The notes: generated by a model not told the origin, from the letters alone. Shown: positions 20,831-33,346, counted from the first letter of the whole stretch. The stretch is DNA of 62,382 bases, filler included, from 13 parts of 13 records of this genome joined end to end with filler, not necessarily neighbours in it, one strand, 5' to 3'. Translations and numbers: made by a program.

Positions 20831-22150
20831 TCATATTATTATCTGGCGCCAATGGGCACCATTGTTACCTCTTCCATGGACCAAAGGATCAGGCATGTTA
20901 TAGATGGACAGCGGTACGATCACCGCCACAAATGCATGCATTGCAGCTAGCCATGCGTGTCCCGATGCCAATAATGGCACCCACAGGTCTGCCACCGCAA
21001 AGGTCACCATGGACACTCCCATCAAAATGATCGCGGGGCCTAGGCCCACTCCATCCCCATTATACTCGTGCAGCCCCATCATAAAGTAAGGCAATATGAG
21101 CCCAAGAGCCCCGCGGCCGGCCATCCACAAAGGGGTCCAAACGCTCCATTCACCAGCCAAACCAGACACCAATGAGCCGATCTGGTACAGAGCTGGGAAA
21201 AGCGCCGAGCCTGAGGTGGTAAAAAAGAGGAGTCTGGTGATGTGGTGGCCATTCAGCGATGAAAGCAAGGCTGACATTGCGCAGCACATGACCACTGTCA
21301 CTGTCGTTGAAAACAGGCCGATCCAGTCACAACATAAGTGGGCATGCCAATGAGAGTGAGCAAGCAGGAAGAACACCAGCATGAACTGCGAGCCGTTGGT
21401 TGCACCCCTTCGCTTCATGTGCATCGCCCACATTCCATATACAACATAAATAATGGAATGCTTGTAGCTACTTGCTTCGATGGAATCGGGCAACAACGAG
21501 CCGAATGTTTGAAGCAGCGTCCCGTGACATGACAGCCTAGCAAAGACGGGACCCAGCACAATGGCTGCGCCTATCCACAACGGCGGACCATTCATTGCCG
21601 GACTTGTTAGCTGAATCAACCAGCAGTCTTTAACTCCTCGCCTGTAAGCCTTTTCCTTTTCTTCCGCAGACGGCTCGCGGGCCCGGACAATCCAGAACCG
21701 GAGCCAGGCAGGGCTGCACCAGAGGGAGGCCAGCAGCCGGATCGCGTGCGACGGGTTGGCTCCCTGGTGGCGGGCCGGGTGGTACCAGACGCATCGCTCG
21801 TCTGTCGGGACTGGCAGCGCTTCCAGCCTTGTGTGGTCAGCTAGAAGCAACAGAGGCCCGAATTGGTACCGCGGCCGGCTCGCGCCTGCTTGTGCGGTCC
21901 CGTGCCGACTGTCGAGGATGCGCTGCGAGGTGGCCAGCACGGCCTGATTCAGCGCGCGGCTCGCCCGGAGCGCGCACAGCGCCAGCAGGCTCGCCCGCCC
22001 GTCGCTGCGAAGAGCATCAGTAATTGGGCGCTCTGGTGGCGCCAGCGCGCGGTCTCCCGAGGCAGCGAGGAACGCGACCTTGCAAAACAGCCAATGTGGG
22101 AGCAGCCCGAGATGCTCCTGAGCGAAGCCCCTCCGCGTGCGTTGTTTCAT
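20831..22150 (-). CDS. Hypothetical polytopic membrane protein
   Basis: Long ORF with many hydrophobic helices in the C-terminal half; ATG 22150 is divergent from the nucleoside hydrolase. It may continue into the hydrophobic ORF at 20494-20763. Confidence 0.6.
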   Translation of the reverse strand: MKQRTRRGFAQEHLGLLPHWLFCKVAFLAASGDRALAPPERPITDALRSDGRASLLALCALRASRALNQAVLATSQRILDSRHGTAQAGASRPRYQFGPLLLLADHTRLEALPVPTDERCVWYHPARHQGANPSHAIRLLASLWCSPAWLRFWIVRAREPSAEEKEKAYRRGVKDCWLIQLTSPAMNGPPLWIGAAIVLGPVFARLSCHGTLLQTFGSLLPDSIEASSYKHSIIYVVYGMWAMHMKRRGATNGSQFMLVFFLLAHSHWHAHLCCDWIGLFSTTVTVVMCCAMSALLSSLNGHHITRLLFFTTSGSALFPALYQIGSLVSGLAGEWSVWTPLWMAGRGALGLILPYFMMGLHEYNGDGVGLGPAIILMGVSMVTFAVADLWVPLLASGHAWLAAMHAFVAVIVPLSIYNMPDPLVHGRGNNGAHWRQIII

Positions 22151-22256
22151 GGCTGATCTGCCCGGCTGCGCACTCCCGTCCGGACAGACAACCGACAACT
22201 AACGGCCGCGTCGCGATCTGCGAGTGACACGGCCGCGAGCGTGGCCAACCTCGACG

Positions 22257-23465
22257 ATGGGCCTCGCGCTGTGCGTGGCACTGCTGGTGGCAGCCGCGGC
22301 GGCCGCAGGCCCGATCCTGCCGGTGTGGGTGGACTGTGACAACGCGGCGGGGATCAGCGGGGTGCGCGACCCGGACGACGCGCTGGCGCTTGCCCTGCTG
22401 ATCCACTCGCCGCAGATCGAGCTGACTGGGGTGTCCGCCGTGTTCGGCAACGCACCGGTCGATCGCTCAGCCACGGCCACACGTCGTCTGCTAGAGACCG
22501 CTGGGGCTGGGCATCTGGCAGTCACCACCGGGGCGGCCTCGCCCTCGGACGGTGCAGGCGCGGCCGCTGCGGCCGCTGCGATGGCCTCAGAGCTCGCTCG
22601 GCGCAGTGGCGTGACCATCTTGGCGCTGGGTCCGCTCACAAACGTGGCCGCGTTGCTGAGCAGCCACCCCGAGACCCGTGTCACCCAGATCGTCTGGGTG
22701 GGTGGTCGCAGGTGCGCCCGGGGCCGGTGCTGCTGACCGCTGCGGTGCCAGGCCTGGCCAGCAGTTCCGGATAGGCTCGCACAACCGCCAGACCGTGGCC
22801 GAGTAAGTGCCTGGCCATTCGGCCGCGCTGACCGGTAGGTTAGTATGAACTTTGAAAAAGACGCAGCAGCAGCTGCCCTTGTGCTCAAAGTGTGCTCCGA
22901 GCAACAGATTGGCCTGATCCTCGCACCGTTTGAACTCTCCTCTAAGATTGAGCTGCGGCAGGCGGATCTGGACGCAATCCGGGGCGCTCAGAGCCCTCTG
23001 ACTGACTTGTTGGCTGAGTACGCTCAGCCGTGGCTAGAATTTTGGCACCGGACCTGGCGAGTGGACTTCTTCCATCCGTTCGACTGCCTGGCTGTCCTGT
23101 ACCTTATATCGCCCGAGCTAATCGAATGTGCCCCCTCAAACGCCCGGATTATACGGTCTCGATCTGATGATGTTATCATGGGAGTTGCCAACCGTGATGA
23201 GGGCGACTCAAGCTTGCACGGATTTGGGTCGGCAACCAAACTGTATCTGGAAGTCGATCTAGGGCAATCGGCCGAATCGTCAGAACAGGACCAACGGTGG
23301 CTCAGGTATTGCTACGACGTGGATTTGAAACAGGCGCATGGTCTGCTACTATCTCGGCTCGCGGAAACTCTCTCACCAAATTGGAACGATGCCAGCCAAA
23401 CTAACATTATAGCTAGAGCTAAAGCGCGCGAAAATGATAGAGCAAAGGACAGCCTTGACCTATAA
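22257..23465 (+). CDS. Secreted inosine-uridine-preferring nucleoside hydrolase; 3 exons
   Basis: Signal peptide MGLALCVALLVAAAAAAG; motifs DCD...DPDD, VFGN, LALGPLTNVA, DMNFEKD, FHPFD. Introns 22712-22751 and ~22803-22843. Confidence 0.9.
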
Positions 23466-23651
23466 AATTATGCAGAAAACGTTATTTATTAGTTGCCAGT
23501 GCTAGCATAAGTAGCGCGTATATAGCGTTTCTAAAGGCTAAAGGCGGCCACTGTACGACGTTGCGCCGGTAGGCGGTACTCGGCCTCCTTGTAGGCGGCG
23601 ATCGGTGCAACTAATTACTTAGCATCAATCGTGAACTCCAATTGCCAGCAT

Positions 23652-24714
23652 TCACAAGCTCGTCGAGACTCGCTTCGAGCTCAGCTCCATCAGCACCGCC
23701 GCGGTTTCCTGGTAAATATCTTCTTGTTGATCGAAAGCCTCGTTCAGAGTCACCACAGTGCCGACGTTTTCCGTGTGACTGAGATCTACTGGTGGGTGAG
23801 CTTCATCGAAGCCACGCATCGCATTCCCTGGCTTCATCTCAACCGTATCGATGCCATCTTTGTGCTGGAAGTTGAAGTCGACAGCATCGATACCGCGACC
23901 TCTTTTGCTCGGCCCACCGGCAGCGCTGAATCTCACTGATTCCGGTGTAGAACGGACAAAATCACCACCAGTAGCATCCTCTGGTAGCTTTTCCGGTGCC
24001 AAAATTGAGTTGCAAATGCCCCAACTTGCCAGGCCCCCAAGAGCTATCGTCAACGGGGCTCCAATGTAAACAATCATCTCGCCATGGACCCGGTCAGCAT
24101 TGCTCACAAAGAACCACAGCACTAGCCCGCTGCCAGGCACTAGCGCTGCTAGCAGGTACCACCAGCTCGGCGGGTGGCCGTGCTCCTCCTTAAACTGTAC
24201 GCCTAGCCTGCTGGTAACCAAATGCACTGCTGCCAGTCGACCGGCTAACGCTATGCATGCCAACAGCGTCAGCTCAGGCACTGCCACACCGAGAATGATC
24301 GACCCTGCTAAGTGTGAGATCGCCTGCGCCAGCTCGATGTCCAGGTACAGGTAATAAGTGTACTCTGATCTGCGGAGCACGCATCTCATGACCCAGGCCC
24401 GCGCCCTCAGTGCCCAGGGCAAACATAACACTATTGACAAAACTGGACTGACAAAAGCGCTGAACGCTAGCTTGGACACCAGCAGCTCTGCAAGGCTCTC
24501 GATCACATAGCGCGGGCAGCGACCGTAGGCTGGGGGCTGACTGTCGCACACCTCAGCGTGTGTGGTGACCTGTATTGTAAATGGTAGTATTGTGATCATC
24601 GTCTCTGGGTCATACGTCGCCGGTTCGTAATATCTCAAGTTGAAGCTGTCATCTGTTGAGCACGGCTCCCAAAACTTGATCCATAGCCCATAGCAGTCCG
24701 ACCCGAAAGCCAGG
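23652..24714 (-). CDS. Multi-pass membrane protein, C-terminal part (5' partial)
   Basis: Frame is open to the contig edge; Cys-containing loop, then ~5 TM helices and an acidic tail. Confidence 0.65.
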
Positions 24715-25122
24715 NNNNNNNNNNNNNNNNNNNNNNNNNNNNNNNNNNNNNNNNNNNNTTAATTAATTAANNNNNNNNNNNNNNNNNNNNNNNNNNNNNN
24801 NNNNNNNNNNNNNNTCCAAAATTTATAATATTATTTATCTCCCCCTCCACAAGACCGACAAGACCCACCAAGATGGAATCGCAGCGTCCACATTATTTAT
24901 TAATTAATGTACATGTACCATCAATGACATTCAATGTACCATCAATTTTTACGTACTCTACTGTATCTATAAAGTTCTTTATTGTGACTAAGGCTAACTA
25001 AGGCAGCTACACTTCGGCGGAGCTCGATGTATATATGTAGTCCGTACGTCCGTACAAACCCTTGGCATATATCACTACGATCGTTATCATGACATTGTAG
25101 AAGTACGACAGGTCAAACCAGT

Positions 25123-28100
25123 TTAAGGCAACACTGGAGTTCCCACTGGAATCACTGGACGGGCTCGTAGCTCAAGCTCCAATCTATGAATCTCGCCTTT
25201 TGCCAACTTCAAAGTCTCAGCCATCTCTACCACTTTGATTTGAGCGTCGGCGTGCACCCTCTCGTTATCTAGTTGCAGGGCCTTGATTCGTGCCATCAAG
25301 TCGTTCACCTATCATACTCAGTCAAGCGATGACACACTCCTCGACAGCTATGCACCTCTTGGCGATCCCCCTCGTGCTGCCGAACAGAGCGGTCACCCAC
25401 AGCCGAAAGCTCTCTGTTTAGTCGCTCGATCTGGACCTCAGCAGCCCGCAGCTCGTCAGTGAGCCGACCGACTTCAGTAGCTGCAACTCTCCGCTCCTCC
25501 TCTCGCTCTCTCTGAACCTGAGCATATCAACCCCCAATTAGTCCACTGCTCAGCTGATGTGCTTGACCTGATTGATACGAAGATTGAGTTCATGCACAGC
25601 AGTTGATGCATCTTTGAACGCGATCTGCTCTGCAGTCTGCGCAGCCTGCCGGGCAGTGTGAAGCTCGGCATCGAGTCGGCGAATCTCTTCCTTAGCTCCT
25701 GATTCGATCTTTGCCGTCTCAAGCTGCGCAAAAATCGATCATCACATAGCACACTTGACTGGTGGAGTCACCTGGATCTGTCGAACCCTACTTTCCGCTG
25801 CAAGTACCTCATCGTGTCGTAATGCCTCGATAGTTGCAAGCCGTCCTCTGAGCGTATCGATCTCCCTCCGCTGCGCATCCACCACTGAAGCTACTTCTAG
25901 TCTCCGGACGTCATTGCCCTGAGCGTCCAAAATTGCAGTGTGTCTGCTCTGCTCTGCCTCAGCCAATGCGAGCTCGGCTGCAGTGGCTCGGCCCTCAGCT
26001 GCACGCAACTCAGCTCGCAGCTGCTCCACCTTGGAAGCAAAGTTGGCCTCCGCATGCCTGGCAAAAGGTTCAGCTTCTGGACCAGCAGCGCACACACCGA
26101 GCCTCAGCTGCAAGTGACTCGTACTTGCCATCCTGCTCCCGTAGCTTGTGTTCAAGCCTCTGCTGCTCGTTCTCCAGCCGGAATCGCGTCTCGTCTCGTT
26201 CAGCAGCACACAGTGCTAGCCTCTCCTCTGCAGCACGCACCTGAACCGATCTATTAGCGTGGCAATAGAGCTGAAGTCGTATACCGGGTCGAGTCGGCGT
26301 GGCGAGAGCAGCTCGTCATGCATGTGCTGCGCATCCTGCTCGGCCTTGCGCCTTTTGGCTTCCTCTTCGCGAACCTTCTCCCGCTCTGCTTCGTATCGCT
26401 CCTCACAGGCACTCAGCTCAATCCTCAAACGCTCAGAGCGCGCTGCAGCGCTCTCTGTCTCGCGCTCGCGGTCATGGATTGCGCCAATCATTTGCGACTC
26501 CAGCTCATGTAGAAGCCGGCGATCGTTGTCTCGGTCCTGAGAGAATTTGTTGGCCGCCTCAGCTGCTTCCCGAGCTCCAGTCTGTAGCCGCTCTTCAAGC
26601 TGGTTGATCACCTGACATCTCACCGTGTCAACACTTCGGGGGAACCGAGAGCGATTACATGTTGGAGCCGGGTAGCTTCCTCCTTGGCTCTCTCACGTTC
26701 CACGTCCCTCTCCATCTCAGCATTGCGTGCCACCTCCTTTGCGATCTCAAGGTCGCCCGTCAATCGGCTCTCAAGCCCTTCAGCTTGCAATGCAGCTTCT
26801 TGAGCGGAGAGATGTGCCTGCATTGCGGAAAGAAAAGAATCAGCAGAAGGTATACGCGCGTTTTGCCTGGTGGATCCCTGCCTCAGCATCACGCAGCTCT
26901 TGGGTCCGACGCATCTGGTGCTCGCGGTCGCGTTCAGCCATCTCACGAGCATAGGCATTCAGTCGGCCAATCAGATCTTGATTTGCATTGCGTTCCTCAC
27001 GGAGCTCGCGCTCCAGGGTAGCTGCTTCCCTCTGAGCCCGGTCACGTTCCTCCACGGCACTCTTGACTCGGTGCTCTGCGTTTGCCAGGTTGCTTTCCAG
27101 CCCATGCCGCTCACGTTGCCACTCAACTGCGGCGTCTTGTCGCTCCCGGTTGACGCGGTACATCTCAGACTCTGCAGCCTGCGAGCGCGCTCAACCCAGA
27201 CAAGTTCGTACCGCCTGAATTACCTGTAATTTGTCCGCTAAGAGGGCAATTTCTTCGCGGAACTTTGTTGCATCAGCTTCACGCCCCATTGTGTGCCGAT
27301 CGTTCATCATTCTTGCATCTAGGAGCTCCTGCTCGAGTTGAGAGACTGCCTTTCTGAACTCATGGTCCTGAGCAAACCAAACACAAGCAGTGTGTAAGAG
27401 CTGAGCAGGAGAAGAGGGGAAGAGCCATCTATGACAAGTGATATACGCCCTCAGACTTCAACGAGGAGGCTCGCACAGAGGTTCCCGAAAGAAACGCTTC
27501 ACGGCCGAGGTTTTATCTTCATGGGAAGGTGACCACAGATGGTTATCAAGGGAAGGCGACGCATGGACGAGTATGCACGCACCTCTGCTTCTCTTTGCAT
27601 CTGAAGGCGCTCGAGTTCATCCTTCTTGGCCTGGAGCTGGTCCTCCAGTGAAGCGCACTCACCGTCGAGGTGTTCAAGCTCAGCATTAGCCTGTCAGTCG
27701 TTTCACTCAGCCGGTGCAAGCCATACAGCAAGCATGCACACGCCACTAAGCAAACAAACAAAGCGACAATACCTTATTGCGACTTGAGCGCTCCCTGACG
27801 AGCTCCTCAAGCTGCTTTGCTAGCTCAGCCTCGGAGGCGTCCCATTGGTCCTTCATCTAATAAATCGCAGGCTCATCCATCAGTGTATATACCAGCCACC
27901 TGCTGCAAACGGTCTTGCAGTTCGAGTATCCGCTCTTTGAGCTCAGCGTTGTGCATGTCTGCAAGCTCGGCCTTGCGCTCGGCCTCTGATAAACCACGCT
28001 GAAACAAACCCAAACCATGTCAGAACCTAAATATGGGGGTAAATCAATACCTGGAGCCCGGTGACCTCGTTTCCAAGCCGCTCACTGGTAGCTGCATGAT

Positions 28101-28602
28101 CAGCAACCTCCTTACCAAGCTCTTCCTCCAGGTCAGCAGTCCGTCGTTTCAGCTTGCCCTCCTCAGTGATGTAGTAATCTCGCTCGCCCTTGAGCTTTTT
28201 CTTTGCCCGAACCAGCGGGTTGATGGTCCTCCAGGCACAGTAATCCTGATACCACTGGTCCCAGGCGATAGCAACCTCGCGATTCATCCAGTGTCCAGCG
28301 ATCCACCGTGTAATGCGGCGTATATCTCTCACAGCAGAGTACTCATCCCACCTGAACAAAGGGATAACTAACAGCACCAATCAGGTAGGCAAACCATTGA
28401 TTCCATGCTCTGCCAACTAGTAGAGTCTTCCAATGCCCTCCAGTGAGCCTGAGCAGCGCTTCCTTCCGCTTGATAGTGTTGTACCAATCCACCCAGGTGT
28501 TATATGCACGCGCCTGACAGCAAAAAATCACACTACATGATAGCATGCCACACCTGAGTTCTGTACAGCCAGTGGTGGTCCACCCAGTTGATAATTTGCA
28601 GG
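25123..28602 (-). CDS. Long coiled-coil protein with Trp-rich Sfi1-like repeats, 5' partial, many introns
   Basis: Repeats ARAYNTWVDW, GHWKTLLVGRAWNQW and GHWMNREVAIAWDQW, followed by E/R/A/L heptad exons joined by GT-AG introns. Confidence 0.65.
27448..27525 (-). ncRNA. Candidate intronic box C/D snoRNA (18S guide)
   Basis: Lies in an outsized 215-nt intron (27368-27582): CCC-ATGAAGA (box C, 1 mismatch)...TCCTCGTTGAAG-T-CTGA (box D)-GGG. The 12-nt guide is complementary to the conserved 18S segment CUUCAACGAGGA. Confidence 0.6.
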
Positions 28603-28702
28603 NNNNNNNNNNNNNNNNNNNNNNNNNNNNNNNNNNNNNNNNNNNNTTAATTAATTAANNNNNNNNNNNNNNNNNNNNNNNNNNNNNNNNNNNNNNNNNN
28701 NN

Positions 28703-31700
28703 AGCGCCTCGACCTCGATCGGGTCGCCAAGTATGGTGCCGGTGCCATGGGTTTCCAATGAATGCATCTTGCAAATTGTAGTGCCCATCATGGCGATCCT
28801 TACAACGAGCTGCTGAGCTGGGCCACTCGGGGCTGCAAAATTGGTGCTTCGACCATCCTGATTAACCCCACTGCCAGAAAGGATAGCTAGTTGCCCTGCG
28901 GTTCCGCTCAAAGATGTCTGCAGCAGCGCTGTAAAGCAGCCCTCGCCCCGCCCAAAACCATCTGCAGAGCTATCAAAGGTCTTGCTTCGACCATCTGTGG
29001 CTAGTGGCAGGCCGGTTGACGGCACCCAAGACACCCAGTGTGGGTGCAGGCAGACTCCAGCTCCAAGAACTGCCTCACACCGGCCTAGCTGCAGGCACTG
29101 TCGACCTGCATCCAGTGCCACCAGTGACGACGAGCAGGCAGTGTCGACCGTGAGACATGGTCCCCGCAGCCCCAGAGTGAATGATATCCGAGCTGCTGCA
29201 GCACAGCCCGCCATCCCATGCACAGTGAACACGCTAGGGTCCCGGCCCCGAACCACCTCAGCCCAAGCTGACTGGCCAAACCCGACAAAGACCCCGAGCT
29301 CGGCCTGCAGCAGCATCTGTCTTGACCAGCCAGCTTGCACCAGCGCCTTAAATGAGGTCTCAAGTAGCAGCCTCTGATTAGGGTCAGTGGCCTTGATCTC
29401 AGCAGGGGTCATCCTGAAGAATGCAGGGTCGAATAGGTCGGCATGTTCCACAAAATGACCCGGGAGCAAAGTGGTGGTGGCTGGTAGCGCCGCAGAGTCA
29501 GCACGAGAAGCTGGTGGCAGGCTCAGCGGATCTGTACCAGAGCAAAGCATCCCTGACCATTGCGAAGCAAGAGAGCAGAAGCCACCAGGGACGGAACAAG
29601 TAACCGCAGAGATGGCAAGACCGTGTGCATACGGTTGCTTTGTCGACAAGTTTGGACCTGCGACCTGTGTGGCGTGAATTGTAGCCGAGCCTTTGTTTCC
29701 AACGTTGATGGCGCTCTGATCCTCGATGAAACTTGCAATCTCATTCACAGTAGGGAGACTAAAGATCAGCATTTTAGGCAGTCTCGGTCCTGTTGGTAAC
29801 AGGTGCTCTTGCAGCCGACGTGCCAGCTCAGCAGCCTGGTTCGACTTTACCCCGGCCTGCATCAGGGACTCTGACGGATCCATCTCTCGCCCCAGCATGG
29901 CAGTTATCTGAGTCAAGATCCTCCCTTCAATTGAGAGTTTGTCGACGATGTAGCTTGGGTTCTCCAGTCTACCCAGGTTAGCCTCCACCTCGTTGTCACA
30001 ATTGCCAGTTGCTTGGCGCATCTGCTCGACCTCGCTGCTCCTTAAACTGTGGATTGCTACCATGCTGACATGTTGCACACCTTGTGCACTCTCTGGTTGC
30101 TCAAGCACTATATGGACATTATCCCCGCTGGCAGACGTACCACTGATGCTGCTAATGACGGTACCCTGAGGCGGGAACCATGCGACTTTGCTTGCGGGTA
30201 AGATGAGACTGGAGGACCGGCGTACTAGAGGCACGGGCCTAGTGACACTTACATGGGATGGTACAGAGCGATGTTGCATAGCCGCAGCGATGGTCACCAA
30301 ACCAATGAATCCAGAGGCATATTCACTGTGTCCAAGGCATGATTTGTGGTTCACCACTGCCAAGGGAGTACTCCTCCCTGGTGGCAATATGGCTTGCATG
30401 ATACCCTGTAGCTCTGGAATATCTGAGGGAGGATTGCCCATCCCATGTAGATGTGTCATGGCGACTACACCGGCGCCCAGCCCAGCGAAAACAAGAGCTT
30501 GAGAAGCAGCATTAGCCATGGCATCAGGATCAGTTGACATGAGTGGCAGCCTTGCATCAGTACAAGTGGAACCCCAGCCTACTAATCGCATACAAGGAGC
30601 TTCTGCATCAGCACCGGGCTGCCCCTGCAGTATAAAGGCACAAGCTGCCTCACCAGCGACCATCCCATCGGCAAGCACCTGCCGACCATATGTTAGCTGC
30701 GTCACGCAAAAGCACTGCCCAAATTAATTGACTATGCACTACAAGACCACAGTGCAGTGTGTTAATTACATCGAGTGGTCGCATTATTCCTGACTGGGAA
30801 GTGAGCCTTGACTCGGACCTGGGCCTCAACAGCAGCTGTATTCCACTGATAATGCCGGTTTGACAATGCCCGCAGGTGATTTCAGAGAGGCCCCGTTCCA
30901 CAGCCCTGTGTCCACTAGTACAAGCTGTATCCAGATTGGCGTGCACGCAGTCTACCTTTAGCTCGTGAGCAACTATGCGCGGTACAAAGTACAGCGGCTG
31001 AGGTTTCACAAACTGGCTGGTGTCAGCAGCTGTAAATACACAGGGTAGCATGTTGCCTATCTTGCTCTGCTCCCAGCCAGCATCTGCGGTTGCTTCCCAT
31101 GTCACAGCAACTAGCATTTGCATGTGAACGTCCAATGATGCTGTGCTTGCTGATCTAGAAACCACATGATGGGAGTCCAAAAACGACCCAACCAAGAGTG
31201 CATCTGTAGCTTGAGTGTGCTGACATGCTTGGAGGTAACGCTGTGGTAGTGTCTGGCTAATTGTACATTGCATGGCAATGAGTGTAGACCATAGTTTGCC
31301 AGGGGAAGTAGCGTTCAAAGGAACGCGACAGCTTACGCCTACAAGTGCAACAGACGTGGCTGTTGAGATAGTCGATACTGCATACAAGCCTGCCTCCGTA
31401 GCTTGAGCTGCCTCCGCGTTCGAGCTGGCCGCTAATGACTGTAAATAAGCGACGAGCTCGCTTATGGTCGGGTATTGAACAAAGCTTGCCAATTCCAGGC
31501 GCCAACCCAGCCGCTGCTCTAGCTGAGTACGCAGCTCCATGGTTGCAAGAGAGTCTACCCCAGAATCAGCCAGAGGGACATCTAGGTCTAGCTGAAGTGG
31601 GCCTCCGACCGCGTGCACCGCCTCGCTTACTGCTGCAACAAGCGCCGAGCGTTGTGCCTCAGATGTCAGCCCCAGCAGCGAGGTATTTTGATTCGCCCCA

Positions 31701-32786
31701 TCTGCTGCCGCCAAGGTATTTTTATTCGACCTCAGCTCGGTGAGTTTAATATTCACCAGCTGTTCTTGTCTGAAATGGTGCTTGAAGCCAGCCATGAGGT
31801 GATGTGTCCTCAGTCTTTCCATTGAGTACTCGTCAATCACCATGAATGTTGCAGTATCAGCATGATGTGCGGCCTGGAGCGCACGTAGAGCCTGGGGTGC
31901 AGGCATCCCGTTGAATTCAGCAAGGCCGGCACGCTTGGCCAATACTTTGCCATAACGCTCTGCGCTTCCGATATGCGACCATACACCCCACTGGACACTG
32001 AGGCACGATCTCCCTCTGCCCGTGCCCCACTTGCAGAACGAGTCCAAAGCCGAATTTGATGCTGCGTACGAAGAGTCACCGAGGGGACCAAACAACGCTG
32101 CAATCGAGGAGTATGCGAGGATCCAAGTCACTGGAGCCTGCTCCTGTAACGCATACAAATGTTTGGTGCCCTGAACCTTTGGTGCCCAAGCACGCAACAT
32201 GTCCTTGACTTCTAGATCACGAATTAGACCGCCTGCTGGTACTAGTGTAGACTGAATGACACCCTGAGTCGCTCCACCCACAAGCAGAGTCTGGACTTGC
32301 GAAAGCCTAGTTGCATCACAGGCGACAGCAGCTACAGACACTGAATACCTTTCAATTGTTTGGAGCACATGCTCTGTAGCAAGATCTTTCACTGCCCCAC
32401 TCCGGGATGTGAGAGTAATGGTTGCCGTACCGTTCTCGGCAAGCCACCGGGCTGTTTGAAGTCCTACCCCTCCCAGGCCCCCACATATTAGTACATTGGA
32501 TTTTGCCAGCGATGATGTAAAGGGTAACGGTATCCTGCCAGCAGCCACAGAAAGTCGAGCTTGCACGGCAAAGACGGTCTGAGCCTCGATCGAGCTGTTA
32601 TCACGTGTCATTGGCTGTGCAGCATTCGGCGCTAGTTCAAACCCAGTAGCATCAAACCAGCCTTGCCACTGCTCACGTGTCTGGGGCGCAAAGTCACGAC
32701 CATCGGAAAACAGCCACCATCCTTCGGTCAGCCCCCATGTGCAATCCGCGATGGCTGTGTCTTCCACTTCGGTGACCTCAGAGAGG
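28703..32786 (-). CDS. Type I modular polyketide synthase fragment (MT-KR-ACP-KS-ACP-KS), partial at both ends
   Basis: MT end WGLTEGWW; KR GGLGGVG and YSS...SYAASN; ACP GVDSL; KS DTACTS/HGMG/GHSE; ACP GVKS; KS DTACSSSLVA, NQDGRS, ETHGTGT. Intron 30679-30769. Confidence 0.92.
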
Positions 32787-32886
32787 NNNNNNNNNNNNNN
32801 NNNNNNNNNNNNNNNNNNNNNNNNNNNNNNTTAATTAATTAANNNNNNNNNNNNNNNNNNNNNNNNNNNNNNNNNNNNNNNNNNNN

Positions 32887-33294
32887 CACCTCGTCCGGGT
32901 TGGGCCGCAGCTCGGCCAGCCGCGTCTGGACCAGACCGACCACCGGCGTGACCAGCAGTCCGTGCTTGCTCAGCACCGGCGCCATTGAGCCCAGCACCCG
33001 CACCCCCGAGCCCGGCAGCGCCACCTCCTCCTCGGCCTCCCGCAGTGCGGTGCTCGCCGCGTCCAGGTCGGCCGGGTCGCGTTTGCCGCCCGGGAAAGAG
33101 ATCTCTCCGGAGTGTTTATTCAGCCGCGCGCTGCGCACCTGGAACAGCACCGCCGGCTGGCCCGACTGGTCGTAGCACAATGGGACCAGCACGGCCGCAG
33201 ACTGCTCGGCCCGATCCGCCCGCTTTGGGGGCGGGGCAGCCTTGGGCTGGCCCGCCAGCCGCCGGGCCAGTGCCACAGTCGGCCAGCGGCCCAT
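32887..33294 (-). CDS. Nudix CoA diphosphatase (NUDT7/NUDT8-like), 3' partial
   Basis: AAVLVPL...RSARLNKHSGEISFPGGKRD...TALREAEEEV (NuCoA motif plus Nudix box), ending PNPDEV. Confidence 0.9.
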
Positions 33295-33346
33295 CTGCTT
33301 ACTGAGTAAGCTAACGGACTTTTGCCTGAGGTCCAGGTCAGCACAC

